A stretch of 64,000 nt of DNA, taken from positions 4,820 through 68,819 of IMG/VR virus record IMGVR_UViG_3300043331_001086. The stretch is one strand, 5' to 3'. The stretch comes from a virus. Both the position numbers and the translations under genes were made by a program. Of this stretch, positions 20,213 through 29,100 are shown in pieces. Position 1 is the first letter of the stretch; each line of letters opens with the position of its first letter. Below the pieces are notes generated by a model. The model saw only the letters and a list, made by a program, of their open reading frames with translations. It was not told the origin of the DNA and made no database searches.

Positions 20213-21052
20213 ATGACCCTCACCCTCAACGACCTGTCGGTCCCGGCCCCGCCGCCGGGCCCCGCCGACTGGAACGACGAAGGGGTCGCGGTCCACCGAG
20301 GCCTGATCCCTCCCACCGTCATCGACCCCTACCGAGCCGCGTGGAAGGACGCGCACGGGTTCCGTGAAGTGGTGTACCCCCCAGACGCTGTCGGCGTCCC
20401 AGGGAGCCACACAGGCCGACTGGTGGCAACCCAGCCCCACGGGTGGAACTACGCGACGCCGTACCGGGATGTCCCGGAGCTCCTCGACCTCGTGTGTGAC
20501 CCCGCGCTGGCCGAGATCCTCGAGGGGCTCCTCGGTGAACCGGCCGGGGTGCACCTCAACCTGTCGGGGTGGGTGACCACCGAGCGGGACTGGCACCAGG
20601 ACACCTACCTGAACCCGCCCGAGGTGGGTGACGCCTACGCCGCGGTGTGGATCGCGCTCGGCCATGTCACCGTCGAGTCGGGGCCGTTCCAGTACGTGCC
20701 CGGGTCCCACCGCTGGCACACCCTCACCCGGGACCTCATCGCCCGCCACGTCGACACGACCGACCCGAACTGGCCCAAGCACACCGAGACGATCCTCACC
20801 CCGCTGGTCGAGAAGGAGATCGCGGAGCGCGGCGACGAGGTGGTCAGCCACCTGCCCATGTACGGGGACGTGCTCATCTGGCACGGGCGGCTCTACCACC
20901 GCGGGTCGCGGGCCCAGCTGCCCGGCGCGTACCGGCCAGCGCTGATCGCCCACTACTCGGGGATTCACCACCGGCCCGACATGCCCATGGCCGTCCAGCA
21001 CCCGGCGGGCGGCTGGTACTTCCCCATTGACGGCCACCAGCCCGTGCGCTGA
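20213..21052 (+). CDS. PhyH-like 2OG-Fe(II) dioxygenase
   Basis: WHQD (HxD), VWIAL, GPFQYVPGSH, GDVLIWHGRLYHRGS. Confidence 0.85.
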   Translation: MTLTLNDLSVPAPPPGPADWNDEGVAVHRGLIPPTVIDPYRAAWKDAHGFREVVYPPDAVGVPGSHTGRLVATQPHGWNYATPYRDVPELLDLVCDPALAEILEGLLGEPAGVHLNLSGWVTTERDWHQDTYLNPPEVGDAYAAVWIALGHVTVESGPFQYVPGSHRWHTLTRDLIARHVDTTDPNWPKHTETILTPLVEKEIAERGDEVVSHLPMYGDVLIWHGRLYHRGSRAQLPGAYRPALIAHYSGIHHRPDMPMAVQHPAGGWYFPIDGHQPVR

Positions 21053-21315
21053 TGGGGTGGCGCGAGGACCGGGCCCGTCACCTGTCTCCGGTGACGAGGG
21101 ACCCGGACGGGTTCATCCGGGCCAAGGGCGCGACCGTCACCCCAGGGCGTCTGCGCGGGCTCCGGCGCCTGGTGCATGTCCACCGGTGGGACGGGAGCAC
21201 CGGGCCCGTCGACCCCGTGACCCGCGGGCCGGTGGTCGCGCCAGGCCGGTGCATCACGATCGAACGGTGCCGGTGCGGCGCCGAGAAAGAGGAGACCTCA
21301 TGGGTGAGCATGTGA
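21052..21315 (+). CDS. small hypothetical protein (HxH..CRCG)
   Basis: coupled TGATG start within the operon. Confidence 0.5.
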   Translation: MGWREDRARHLSPVTRDPDGFIRAKGATVTPGRLRGLRRLVHVHRWDGSTGPVDPVTRGPVVAPGRCITIERCRCGAEKEETSWVSM

Positions 21316-21881
21316 ACGTCGGCTGTGGACCGCACCGGGCCCCGCCCCCGTGGGTGAACCTCGACGTCCACGAGGGCGACGGGGTGTTCCCCGACGTGCT
21401 GGTCGAGGACGTCAGCCGCCCACTCGCCGCCTACGCCGACGGCACCGTCAGCCGGGTCTACATGGGCCACGTCCTCGAGCACGTGCCCTGGCCCGAGGTG
21501 GGGGCGTTCCTGGCCGACATCGCGCGGGCACTCCACCCGGCCGGGGAACTCTGCGTGGTCGGCCCCGACCTCCTGCGCACGATCGAGGGGTGGCACGGGG
21601 GCACCGAACCGTGGCAGCTGGTCGAGTCGGTGATGGAGTCCCCGTGGCCCTACGCGAACCCGGACCAGGACGGCGAGACGTGGGCGTGCGCGAACGCGTG
21701 GACGAACGCCCGGCACTGGTGGAACTGCTACGAGGCCCGGGTCGTGTGGGCCCTCGAAGCCACCGGGCTGTTCGCCGAGGTGAAGCCCCGCACCCTCGAC
21801 GCCGAGAGCCTCGGCACGTGGCCGGTCGTCGCGTACACGCCATGGCAGTGCGCGGTCACCGGGGTCCGGGCCGATGCGTGA
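21300..21881 (+). CDS. class I SAM-dependent methyltransferase
   Basis: NVGCG..WVNLD..HVLEH..L.P.G.L..VGPD; GAGGAG RBS. Confidence 0.85.
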   Translation: MGEHVNVGCGPHRAPPPWVNLDVHEGDGVFPDVLVEDVSRPLAAYADGTVSRVYMGHVLEHVPWPEVGAFLADIARALHPAGELCVVGPDLLRTIEGWHGGTEPWQLVESVMESPWPYANPDQDGETWACANAWTNARHWWNCYEARVVWALEATGLFAEVKPRTLDAESLGTWPVVAYTPWQCAVTGVRADA

Positions 21882-22284
21882 ACCCCGCTCGGTGCTGACG
21901 ATCGGGACCTTCGACGTCCCCCACCTCGGCCACGCCTACCTGTTCCGGGAGTGCGAGCGGTTCGGGGCCTTGACCGTCGGGCTCAACACCGACGCGTTCG
22001 TAGAGAGCTACAAGGGTCACGCCCCGGTGTTCCCATGGCACGCCCGCCGGGACCTCATTGCCCGCATGGGGTACCCCGTCGTCCCCAATCACACGGCGGG
22101 GCGCGACCTCATCGACCGGATGCGCCCGCACGTCCTCGTGATCGGCTCGGACTGGGCCCGCCGGGACTACTACGCGCAGATCGACGTCGACCAAGACTGG
22201 CTCGATGAGCACCGGATCACGATGGTGTACGTCCCCCGGGTCGAGGGCCTGTCCACCACCGAACTCAAGGCGCGGCTCGGGTGA
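21874..22284 (+). CDS. TagD-like cytidylyltransferase
   Basis: GTFDVPHLGH (HIGH), GSDW, RVEGLSTTELK. Confidence 0.9.
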   Translation: MREPRSVLTIGTFDVPHLGHAYLFRECERFGALTVGLNTDAFVESYKGHAPVFPWHARRDLIARMGYPVVPNHTAGRDLIDRMRPHVLVIGSDWARRDYYAQIDVDQDWLDEHRITMVYVPRVEGLSTTELKARLG

Positions 22285-22805
22285 CCGTCACCGCCGTGGT
22301 CGTCGGTCACGCGGACCCCGCCGGCATGGCCCGCCAGGTCCGGGACATGACGACCCAGACCCGCCCGGCCGACGAGGTGATCGTGCTCGGGTGTTGCTTC
22401 GAGTCCACCGCGTTCCCGGGTGCCGACGCGGCCGTCGTCGCCGCCCACGTTGAGGACTGGGGCCACCGGCTCTGCGACATGGGCATCCGCCTCGCGTCCC
22501 AGCGGTACGTGCTCCTCGCCGCCTCCGACGACCTCTACGCCCCCACGTTCCTCGAGACCATGGCCGGGCGCGAGGCCGACGTGATCTACGGGGACTACTG
22601 GACGCACCTCCTGCCCGGCGTGATCGTGTCGCGGCCCGAGGTGGGCAAGATCACGCGGGGCAGCTTCCTCGTGCGCACCGAGCTCGCGCAGCGGGTCGGG
22701 TACCGGCACCGCGAGTACCACGCCGATGGCCTGTTCGTGGACGACCTCATGGCCGCCGGCGCGGTCGCCGAGCACGTCCCCGGCGTGCTCTACTGGCACC
22801 GATGA
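22281..22805 (+). CDS. GT-A fold (GT2-like) glycosyltransferase
   Basis: TQTRPADEVIV, ASDDLY (DxD-like), ADGLF. Confidence 0.75.
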   Translation: MTVTAVVVGHADPAGMARQVRDMTTQTRPADEVIVLGCCFESTAFPGADAAVVAAHVEDWGHRLCDMGIRLASQRYVLLAASDDLYAPTFLETMAGREADVIYGDYWTHLLPGVIVSRPEVGKITRGSFLVRTELAQRVGYRHREYHADGLFVDDLMAAGAVAEHVPGVLYWHR

Positions 22806-22815
22806 GGAGGGCGGC

Positions 22816-23919
22816 GTGAAGGTCTGGATCTACCCCCTCGACCCGTGGGGGTGCGGGCACTACCGGATGTTCTGGCCGGGGCACGCCGTCGCCGAGGCCG
22901 ACGACCTCGACGTCGACGCGCTGGTGATCACCCCGGACCTCCGGAAGGTGACTCTCAACCTCGGCTTGCAGGGCGAGGTGTCCTCCGAGGAGTTCCCCGC
23001 GGTCGAGGGTGACGTCGTGGTGTTCCAGCGGCCGACCGGCGCGTTCATGCCCCGGGTCGTGCAGCTGCTACAGGCCCGGGGTGTCGCGGTGGTCATCGAC
23101 ATGGACGACGACCTCTCCTGCATTCACCCGCGCAACCCGGCGTTCGCACTCCACCACCCGCGCGACGGCCGGTCCCACCACTCGTGGAAGCACGCCGCGG
23201 AGACGTGCCGGGTCGCCACGCTCGTGACCGTCACCACCCCCGCGCTCGCCCAGCGGTACGGGGCCCATGGCCGGGTGGCCGTGATCCCGAACTTCGTGCC
23301 CCGCAAGTACCTCGACGTCGACCACGAGGACTCGGCGGACATCGGGTGGGGCGGCGCCGTGTTCTCGCACCCCGACGACCTGCAACAGGTCGGCCACGCG
23401 ATCCAGCGCCTGGTCGCCGAGGGGCATGTGTTCCGGACCGTCGGCGAGCCCGACGGGGTAGGGGCCGCGCTCGGTCTCGACCGCGACCCACCGTCGACCG
23501 GCCCCGTGCCCATGGACCAGTACCCGGCGTCGATCGGCACGTTCGGGATCGGCATCGCGCCCCTCGCGGACACCCAGTTCAACCGGGCGAAGTCCCGTCT
23601 CAAGCCCCTCGAATACAGCGCCGTGGGTGTCCCCTGGGTGGGCTCGGACCTGCCCGACTACCGGGCCTACCACACCCAGGGATGCGGCGTGATCGTGCGC
23701 CGTCCCCGCGACTGGGAACGGGTGCTCCGGTCCCTGGCCCGCGACCCTGCCCGCCGGGTCGAGCTCTCCGCGGTGGGGCGCGAGGTGGCCGCCCGGAACA
23801 CCCTCGAGGGGAACGCCTGGCGTTGGGCCGAGGCGTGGACCCGTGCCGCGGACCTCGCGCCGTCGGTCCGCCCGCCGGCACCCACTCGCACCGAGTGGTC
23901 GCTGCCCGGTCTGCGGTGA
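22816..23919 (+). CDS. GT-B fold (GT4-like) glycosyltransferase
   Basis: GCGHYR, DMDDD, IGIAPL..FNRAKS.LK.LEY...G.P. Confidence 0.85.
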   Translation: MKVWIYPLDPWGCGHYRMFWPGHAVAEADDLDVDALVITPDLRKVTLNLGLQGEVSSEEFPAVEGDVVVFQRPTGAFMPRVVQLLQARGVAVVIDMDDDLSCIHPRNPAFALHHPRDGRSHHSWKHAAETCRVATLVTVTTPALAQRYGAHGRVAVIPNFVPRKYLDVDHEDSADIGWGGAVFSHPDDLQQVGHAIQRLVAEGHVFRTVGEPDGVGAALGLDRDPPSTGPVPMDQYPASIGTFGIGIAPLADTQFNRAKSRLKPLEYSAVGVPWVGSDLPDYRAYHTQGCGVIVRRPRDWERVLRSLARDPARRVELSAVGREVAARNTLEGNAWRWAEAWTRAADLAPSVRPPAPTRTEWSLPGLR

Positions 23920-23949
23920 TCCGTCCGCGCGCTGCGTCGAGAGCGTACG

Positions 23950-24243
23950 ATGCGTGCCGTGCCACCCACCGACGACCCCGGATCCCCGTTCGGCCCCACC
24001 GTCACACCCGCCGACGCGGACGCCCTCGACGCGCTCGCCGACGCCGGGATCGGCGAAGGGGACTTCGGCGAGGATCACGCCACCCCCGCAGACCTCCTCG
24101 AACTCCACGAGGTGCTCGAATGGGAGACCGCCGTCGGAGGGGGCATCGCGGTCCCGGCCGACGGCACCCTGTCCCCACCCATCGTGGGTGACGGGACCGG
24201 CGAGGCCCTCCCCCCGGTCGAGGAGGACGACGATGCCTCGTGA
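23950..24243 (+). CDS. acidic hypothetical protein
   Basis: ORF with phage-like codon usage overlapping the endolysin start. Confidence 0.5.
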   Translation: MRAVPPTDDPGSPFGPTVTPADADALDALADAGIGEGDFGEDHATPADLLELHEVLEWETAVGGGIAVPADGTLSPPIVGDGTGEALPPVEEDDDAS

Positions 24244-25036
24244 CCTCGGCGGCGGTGTCCAGCTGATCCTGCGGTCGGAGTGGGGTGCCCGCGCTCCTCG
24301 GAGCCGTACCCCGTTCACTGCCGACCGCGGGTCCACGGCCCACTGGGAAGGGCCCCACATGGGTAGCTTCCCCCACACCAGTTGCGCGTCGAAGGTCCGA
24401 GGCATCCAGAACTTCCACATGGACGGCCAGGGATGGTCGGACATCGCCTACACGGCGCTGGTGTGCCCCCACGGGTTCGTGTTCGAGGGCCGGTGGGTCG
24501 GGATCCGCACCGCGGCCAACGGGACCACCGCCGGCAACGACGGCTGGTACGCGATCTGCTACCTCGGCGGCGAGGGCGACGTGTTCACGTCCGCGGCGAA
24601 GCGGGCGTTCGATGCGGCCTTCGACTACCTCGACGCCAGCGGCGGCGCCGGACCCGACGAGAACTGCCACCGCGACCACAAGCCCACCGCCTGCCCAGGC
24701 GACACGATCTGCGCGTGGGTACGCGCCGGGTCGACGCCACCCGGCTCGCTTCCCCCACCCGTTCCCGAGGAGGACGACATGCCCCGACCCGTGCTCTGCC
24801 GAGACAGCGCGAACAAGCTGTGGCTGCTCGACGGCCAGACCCGGCGCTTCATCCACGACGACGACGTGGACGAGGTGCGCCGGTTCTTCAACCCTCAGCA
24901 GGACTCCGACGGGCGTGCCTTCACGGACCTGCCCGACGGGTTCATCCACAATCACCCCGACATCGGCGTGATCGCGACCACCTCCCTGATCCTCGGGGAG
25001 ACCGCCGAGGACGTCGACACCCTCGTCGGCGAGTAG
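24233..25036 (+). CDS. endolysin, PGRP-like N-acetylmuramoyl-L-alanine amidase
   Basis: RSEWGAR, IQNFHMDGQGWSDIAY, VFEGR, HRD..TACPG. Confidence 0.9.
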   Translation: MPRDLGGGVQLILRSEWGARAPRSRTPFTADRGSTAHWEGPHMGSFPHTSCASKVRGIQNFHMDGQGWSDIAYTALVCPHGFVFEGRWVGIRTAANGTTAGNDGWYAICYLGGEGDVFTSAAKRAFDAAFDYLDASGGAGPDENCHRDHKPTACPGDTICAWVRAGSTPPGSLPPPVPEEDDMPRPVLCRDSANKLWLLDGQTRRFIHDDDVDEVRRFFNPQQDSDGRAFTDLPDGFIHNHPDIGVIATTSLILGETAEDVDTLVGE

Positions 25037-25099
25037 GACCACACCCCCCTCGATCTGTCCGTGGGCGGCCAGGGACGTGAGGCCCAGACCAGGTGAGCC

Positions 25100-25318
25100 G
25101 TGACCCAGGTATCGGAATCGACCCGTTCATCAACGTGGCTGGACGTGGTAACGGTGCTGACGTGCCTCGGCTTGATCGCGTTCGAGGTGGTGGCCCGTAC
25201 TGGTCGGACCTCGGTGCTGTTGGCACTCACCGGGCTGATCCTGTCTCTGGCGACCCGCCGGGTAGACCGGCGGCGCGATCGGGTAGAACGGGAAGCACGC
25301 GACGCGGAGGGCGAGTGA
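25100..25318 (+). CDS. small two-TM membrane protein (lysis region)
   Basis: two hydrophobic stretches and a charged tail. Confidence 0.55.
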   Translation: MTQVSESTRSSTWLDVVTVLTCLGLIAFEVVARTGRTSVLLALTGLILSLATRRVDRRRDRVEREARDAEGE

Positions 25319-25424
25319 ACGTGCTGTCCCTGTGGGTGCTCGAGGAGCACCCTCTCACCACGCTGCTGTTCGTAGTCATGGCCGTGGCCGTCGTCGCCGC
25401 CGAGCTCGCGGGGGTCCGGTGGCG

Positions 25425-25793
25425 GTGAACGACCCGGACGCCGAGGCCGAGGAGCCGCCGGGGTGGGGCCGACGTGTCCTGCGGTCGGTCGGGCGGTTCC
25501 TCGGCCACGGCACCGTCGCCGTGGTGATCGTCGTGGTCGTCGGCGTGGCCGGGTTCTGGCGCATCGAGAACGAGATCCGAGACCGGCAGGCCCAGGACTG
25601 CATTGACGACTGGGCCCGGGTCGACGGTGGCCGCGAGGCCGTGGCCGAGACGATCGAGGTGCTGATCCGGGTGTTCCCGGACGCCGACCCCGAGGTGGTC
25701 GCCCGGGCCCGCCGCGAAGCCGAAGCGGCCGGGCGGGAAATCCCGCTCCCGGCCTGTGACCTCGACGCCGCCCTATCCCGGGACGGCGACTAA
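25425..25793 (+). CDS. membrane protein (lysis region)
   Basis: one TM helix and two Cys; GTGA overlap. Confidence 0.55.
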   Translation: MNDPDAEAEEPPGWGRRVLRSVGRFLGHGTVAVVIVVVVGVAGFWRIENEIRDRQAQDCIDDWARVDGGREAVAETIEVLIRVFPDADPEVVARARREAEAAGREIPLPACDLDAALSRDGD

Positions 25794-25814
25794 CCCACCA
25801 CGGGGAGGACCATC

Positions 25815-26162
25815 GTGGAACCGCTCACCCTTGTCGCCCTGGCGCTGCTGGCCGCGAAGGGCGTCAGCACCGTCAAGTACGCGCTCGCCCGCGACTTCGC
25901 GTCGACCTCGACACAGGTGCTGTCGTGGGCCTTCGGCGTGGCCGTGATCGCGCTCGCCGCCCAGGCCGACATCGCCGCCGGGCTCGACATCGCCGGCACG
26001 CCGCTCGGGCAGCTGGACTTCCCGTCGCAGATCTTCGTCGGCCTGAGCCTCGGCTCGGCGGGGTCGACGGTCGTGGACTTCCGGAAGGCCATCGACCAGT
26101 CCGATTCGGCCCGGGAGCCCGCGCTCGGCGGCGGGCCCGTTCCGCCTGCCCAGGCTGCCTAG
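25815..26162 (+). CDS. putative holin
   Basis: GGAGG RBS; about three hydrophobic segments; downstream of the endolysin. Confidence 0.7.
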   Translation: MEPLTLVALALLAAKGVSTVKYALARDFASTSTQVLSWAFGVAVIALAAQADIAAGLDIAGTPLGQLDFPSQIFVGLSLGSAGSTVVDFRKAIDQSDSAREPALGGGPVPPAQAA

Positions 26163-26224
26163 CGGCTACACTCGACCCCTGCCGCCGTCGTGCGGTGTCC
26201 TCAAGGGGTTGAGGGAGTCATGCG

Positions 26225-26253
26225 AGCACCCCCGGGTTCGTCCCGGGGGTGCT
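26225..26253. terminator. hairpin terminator between convergent operons
   Basis: AGCACCCCCGGG-TTCGT-CCCGGGGGTGCT perfect 12-bp stem. Confidence 0.7.
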
Positions 26254-26259
26254 GCGCGT

Positions 26260-26433
26260 CTACTGGCCTGTCGCTCGCCGTCGTGAGGTGTCGCGGTTGG
26301 GGTGGTGGTGCCGGAACCGTTCGGCGCACTTGTTGCAGAGCCACGACCCGTTGGCCGCGATCCACCTGAGCCGACCTCGACGTCGGCCGTTGCAGTGCTC
26401 GCACCTCGACGGACGCGCCGTCGGGGTGGGCAT
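26260..26433 (-). CDS. 57-aa zinc-finger-like protein
   Basis: read manually: MPTPTARPSRCEHC..WLCNKC..; start coupled to the upstream stop. Confidence 0.55.
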   Translation of the reverse strand: MPTPTARPSRCEHCNGRRRGRLRWIAANGSWLCNKCAERFRHHHPNRDTSRRRATGQ

Positions 26434-27116
26434 CAGCACGCCTGGGTGGTGAGCGCGTGCCGGGCTTCGACGGTCCGGTGGTCCCCGGCGTGGATCCCGT
26501 CGACCAGGAACAGGCCCTGCCCGTCGACGGCTCCCCGCCAGTCGAGGGTGCAGTCCACCCGATCAGCCGGGAGGCCGGTGAGCCAGCTGCGGGCCTGGTC
26601 GACCTCGGCCAGCACGCCGGGGAACGTGACCTCGGCGGGCTGGGTGAAGTGGGGGAGGATCACGATGACGTCGGTGGTGCGGGGGACCGCGGCGATCACC
26701 CACGACCACACCGCCTCATCGGCGCTGTCCCATCCGCCAGTCCACGTGCCGGCGTCGTTCGACCCGAGGGCCAGGGTGATGGACCGGGGTCGGGTCTGCG
26801 CGGCGGTGATCACCTGGGACGCCCAGTGGGACAAGGGCGCGCCGGCGAGGGCGTGCCAGATGTGGCCGTCGCCCTGGGTGAGTCCCGCGGCGACGACCTG
26901 CGCGCCGAGGCTGTCGGCGAACACGTGCCGGTCGGGGGAGGTGGGCACCGCGGTCGTTGTGGTGGTCGGCCGGACCGTGGTGGTCGTCGGCCTGGGGACC
27001 GGGTTGGGGACCGGGGTGGGGCGGCACGCCGCGGCCCCGGTGAACAGGAAGGTGAGCACCAGGCCGAGGGCCAGGGCCACCAGTCGGGTGGGTCTGGGGT
27101 TGGGGTGTGTGGTCAT
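26433..27116 (-). CDS. putative lipoprotein with SGNH hydrolase domain
   Basis: signal peptide ending AAAC, P/T linker, ADSL, GSND, DGIH. Confidence 0.7.
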   Translation of the reverse strand: MTTHPNPRPTRLVALALGLVLTFLFTGAAACRPTPVPNPVPRPTTTTVRPTTTTTAVPTSPDRHVFADSLGAQVVAAGLTQGDGHIWHALAGAPLSHWASQVITAAQTRPRSITLALGSNDAGTWTGGWDSADEAVWSWVIAAVPRTTDVIVILPHFTQPAEVTFPGVLAEVDQARSWLTGLPADRVDCTLDWRGAVDGQGLFLVDGIHAGDHRTVEARHALTTQAC

Positions 27117-27187
27117 GGCGGACCACGATACCAGCGCGCTGGGGTCCCGAGCAGCCACCCGCCCGGGACCCCAGCGTCCCCGGCTGG

Positions 27188-27484
27188 CTAGCCCGCCGAC
27201 GGCGGGGGCGGGTCGAGTACGTACTCGGTCCGCTGGTGCCGGTACTGGCGGCGGCGCCCGATCTGTCGTAGCTGCCAGCGCTGCCCCGCCACGGCCACCG
27301 ACAGGTCGGGCCCGTCGCACTCGAGGGGCTCGACCACGGTGAGCCGGATGTCGGCCAGCCGGTGCCGCAACTCCCGGATGGCGTCGGCGGCGTCGTCGCG
27401 GACCTCGCGCACCGCCTCGTCGGAGTCGACGCCGGTGACCGGGTCGAGACGGGCCAGGATGTCGGCGAGGGTCGCGGCGTCCAT
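27188..27484 (-). CDS. hypothetical protein
   Basis: MDAATLADIL..; start coupled to the recombinase stop. Confidence 0.5.
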   Translation of the reverse strand: MDAATLADILARLDPVTGVDSDEAVREVRDDAADAIRELRHRLADIRLTVVEPLECDGPDLSVAVAGQRWQLRQIGRRRQYRHQRTEYVLDPPPPSAG

Positions 27485-29079
27485 CAGAACGGCTCCTCGC
27501 CGCGATCCTCGAGAACGGGGTTGGGGGGCGGGGCGATGGCGTCGAGGCGGTTCCACGTGAGGAGCATCCGCCGGTAGTCGATCGGTGACCCGGCGAGCAT
27601 CTCGGGATCGACCCCGTGGTCGTCGGTCAGCGCCTTGTTGAGCTTCGAGTGATGGAGGCCCTTCACCTCGTCCGCGATGCGGGCGACGTCGGCCGGGTCG
27701 ATCGACGCGGCCCGGTCCCGGACGGCCTGGCTCATGGCGGTCAGCCGCTCGCCCCAGTCCTCGGGGGCCGGGTCCTCGGGCGTCTCCGGATCGGGGGCCT
27801 GTGTGTCCGCTGGGGGATCGTCGGGGGTGTCGGTACCCTCCACCCCCTCCGCGGGGCTGTCCGGGCCGTGTGGCGGCTCTGGTGCGGTGTCTGTGGCAGT
27901 GGGCGCGGGCCCCTGCGCGCCACGGACCAGCGCGGTGACCGATTCGGCCACCTCCTCGAGCAGCCATGCCCGCTGGGCGTCCAGGTCCACGCCGCTGGCG
28001 CGGGCCTTCGCCTCGAACCCGTTGACCATCGACTTCGCCGTGCGCAGCTGGCGCGGGTTGAGGAGCCGCACCGGGATCGGGTTCCCGTCGCGGGTGAGCG
28101 CGGTCGTCGCCACCCACCGCTCGCGGACCTCGGCGCGCAACCCCTCGGGCAGAGCGTTGAGGCGCACCCACACGTCCCAGAGCTCGTCGGCCGGGGCCGG
28201 CGCGTTCGCGGCCGCCTCGTGCTCGGCGCGCTCGGCCTGCGGGTCGGTCCACCCGGCCGGGAGCGCCACGGTCCCCGGGTCGAGGGGGAGCCCCTCCTCG
28301 TCGGTGACCGCGCCGAGTTCGTCGGGGGAGTAGAGGCCGAGCCCGACCTCGGGGAAGTAGTCATCGACGCAGTACCCGCGAGCCCGCTGCCAGAGCATCC
28401 GGGCCGGGTAGTTCCGATAGTTGTCCTTGCACCCGCACGTGTCGACGGTCCACGACCGGCCGTCACGGCTGGTGCGCGTGACCTTCTTGATGTCGTGCTC
28501 GAACGGGGTGCAAGTGTTGCCGGCGAGACCGGCCAGCTGCGCGTCCTGCCACGAGAAGATCGACGGTGGGCCCAGCTGCTGGCCGTCGGGTCCGTACGGC
28601 ACCGCCCCGGCGGACTCGGGCCCGTTGTCGGGGTGAGGCACGATGTACCCCAGGCCCTTCCGACGGAGCAGGGCGTTGAGGAGCTTCGGCGCCAGGGTCG
28701 GGCGGCCGTCGACCACGTACACCGTGCGCAGCGCGCCGGCCGGGCCGATCCCGAGTTCCCGGGCGGTCATCAGGATGAGGAGGGCGTTGTACGGCTTGCC
28801 GCGCACACCGTCGGGGGCCAGGTCCGACAGGGACAGCATCCGGGCCTGCACGCACAGGTTGAGGAACTCGTCCCGTCCGGCCATGCCCGGGTCGGTGAGC
28901 GCGACCTCGGCGGCGGCTTCGATGGCCCGGGCCGCCGAGTCCCAGCGCTCGACGTCAGCCGGGGCGTCGGGCTGGTCGGGCATCACCTCGGGGGTGATCG
29001 GGTCGTCGTCGGCGGGCGCGGGGGCCGCGTCGGTCGTGGACATGGGGGGCACCTCTCGGGGTTGGGGGTCTGTGGACAT
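27484..29079 (-). CDS. RecT-like single-strand annealing protein
   Basis: GKP..ARELGIGP..ALRTVYVVDGRPTL and YPARML..RA...FPEV..GLY..DEL; acidic EEPF tail; start may be 29043. Confidence 0.8.
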   Translation of the reverse strand: MSTDPQPREVPPMSTTDAAPAPADDDPITPEVMPDQPDAPADVERWDSAARAIEAAAEVALTDPGMAGRDEFLNLCVQARMLSLSDLAPDGVRGKPYNALLILMTARELGIGPAGALRTVYVVDGRPTLAPKLLNALLRRKGLGYIVPHPDNGPESAGAVPYGPDGQQLGPPSIFSWQDAQLAGLAGNTCTPFEHDIKKVTRTSRDGRSWTVDTCGCKDNYRNYPARMLWQRARGYCVDDYFPEVGLGLYSPDELGAVTDEEGLPLDPGTVALPAGWTDPQAERAEHEAAANAPAPADELWDVWVRLNALPEGLRAEVRERWVATTALTRDGNPIPVRLLNPRQLRTAKSMVNGFEAKARASGVDLDAQRAWLLEEVAESVTALVRGAQGPAPTATDTAPEPPHGPDSPAEGVEGTDTPDDPPADTQAPDPETPEDPAPEDWGERLTAMSQAVRDRAASIDPADVARIADEVKGLHHSKLNKALTDDHGVDPEMLAGSPIDYRRMLLTWNRLDAIAPPPNPVLEDRGEEPF

Positions 29080-29100
29080 TGTGCCAGGGGGGTGTGACAG

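Noticed and set aside
20213-21052. Dioxygenase as a TET/JBP 5mC oxidase
   Set aside because: Motifs are PhyH-type (WHQD, WIAL, PGSH) and the gene is far from the C5 methyltransferase; kept only as an alternative
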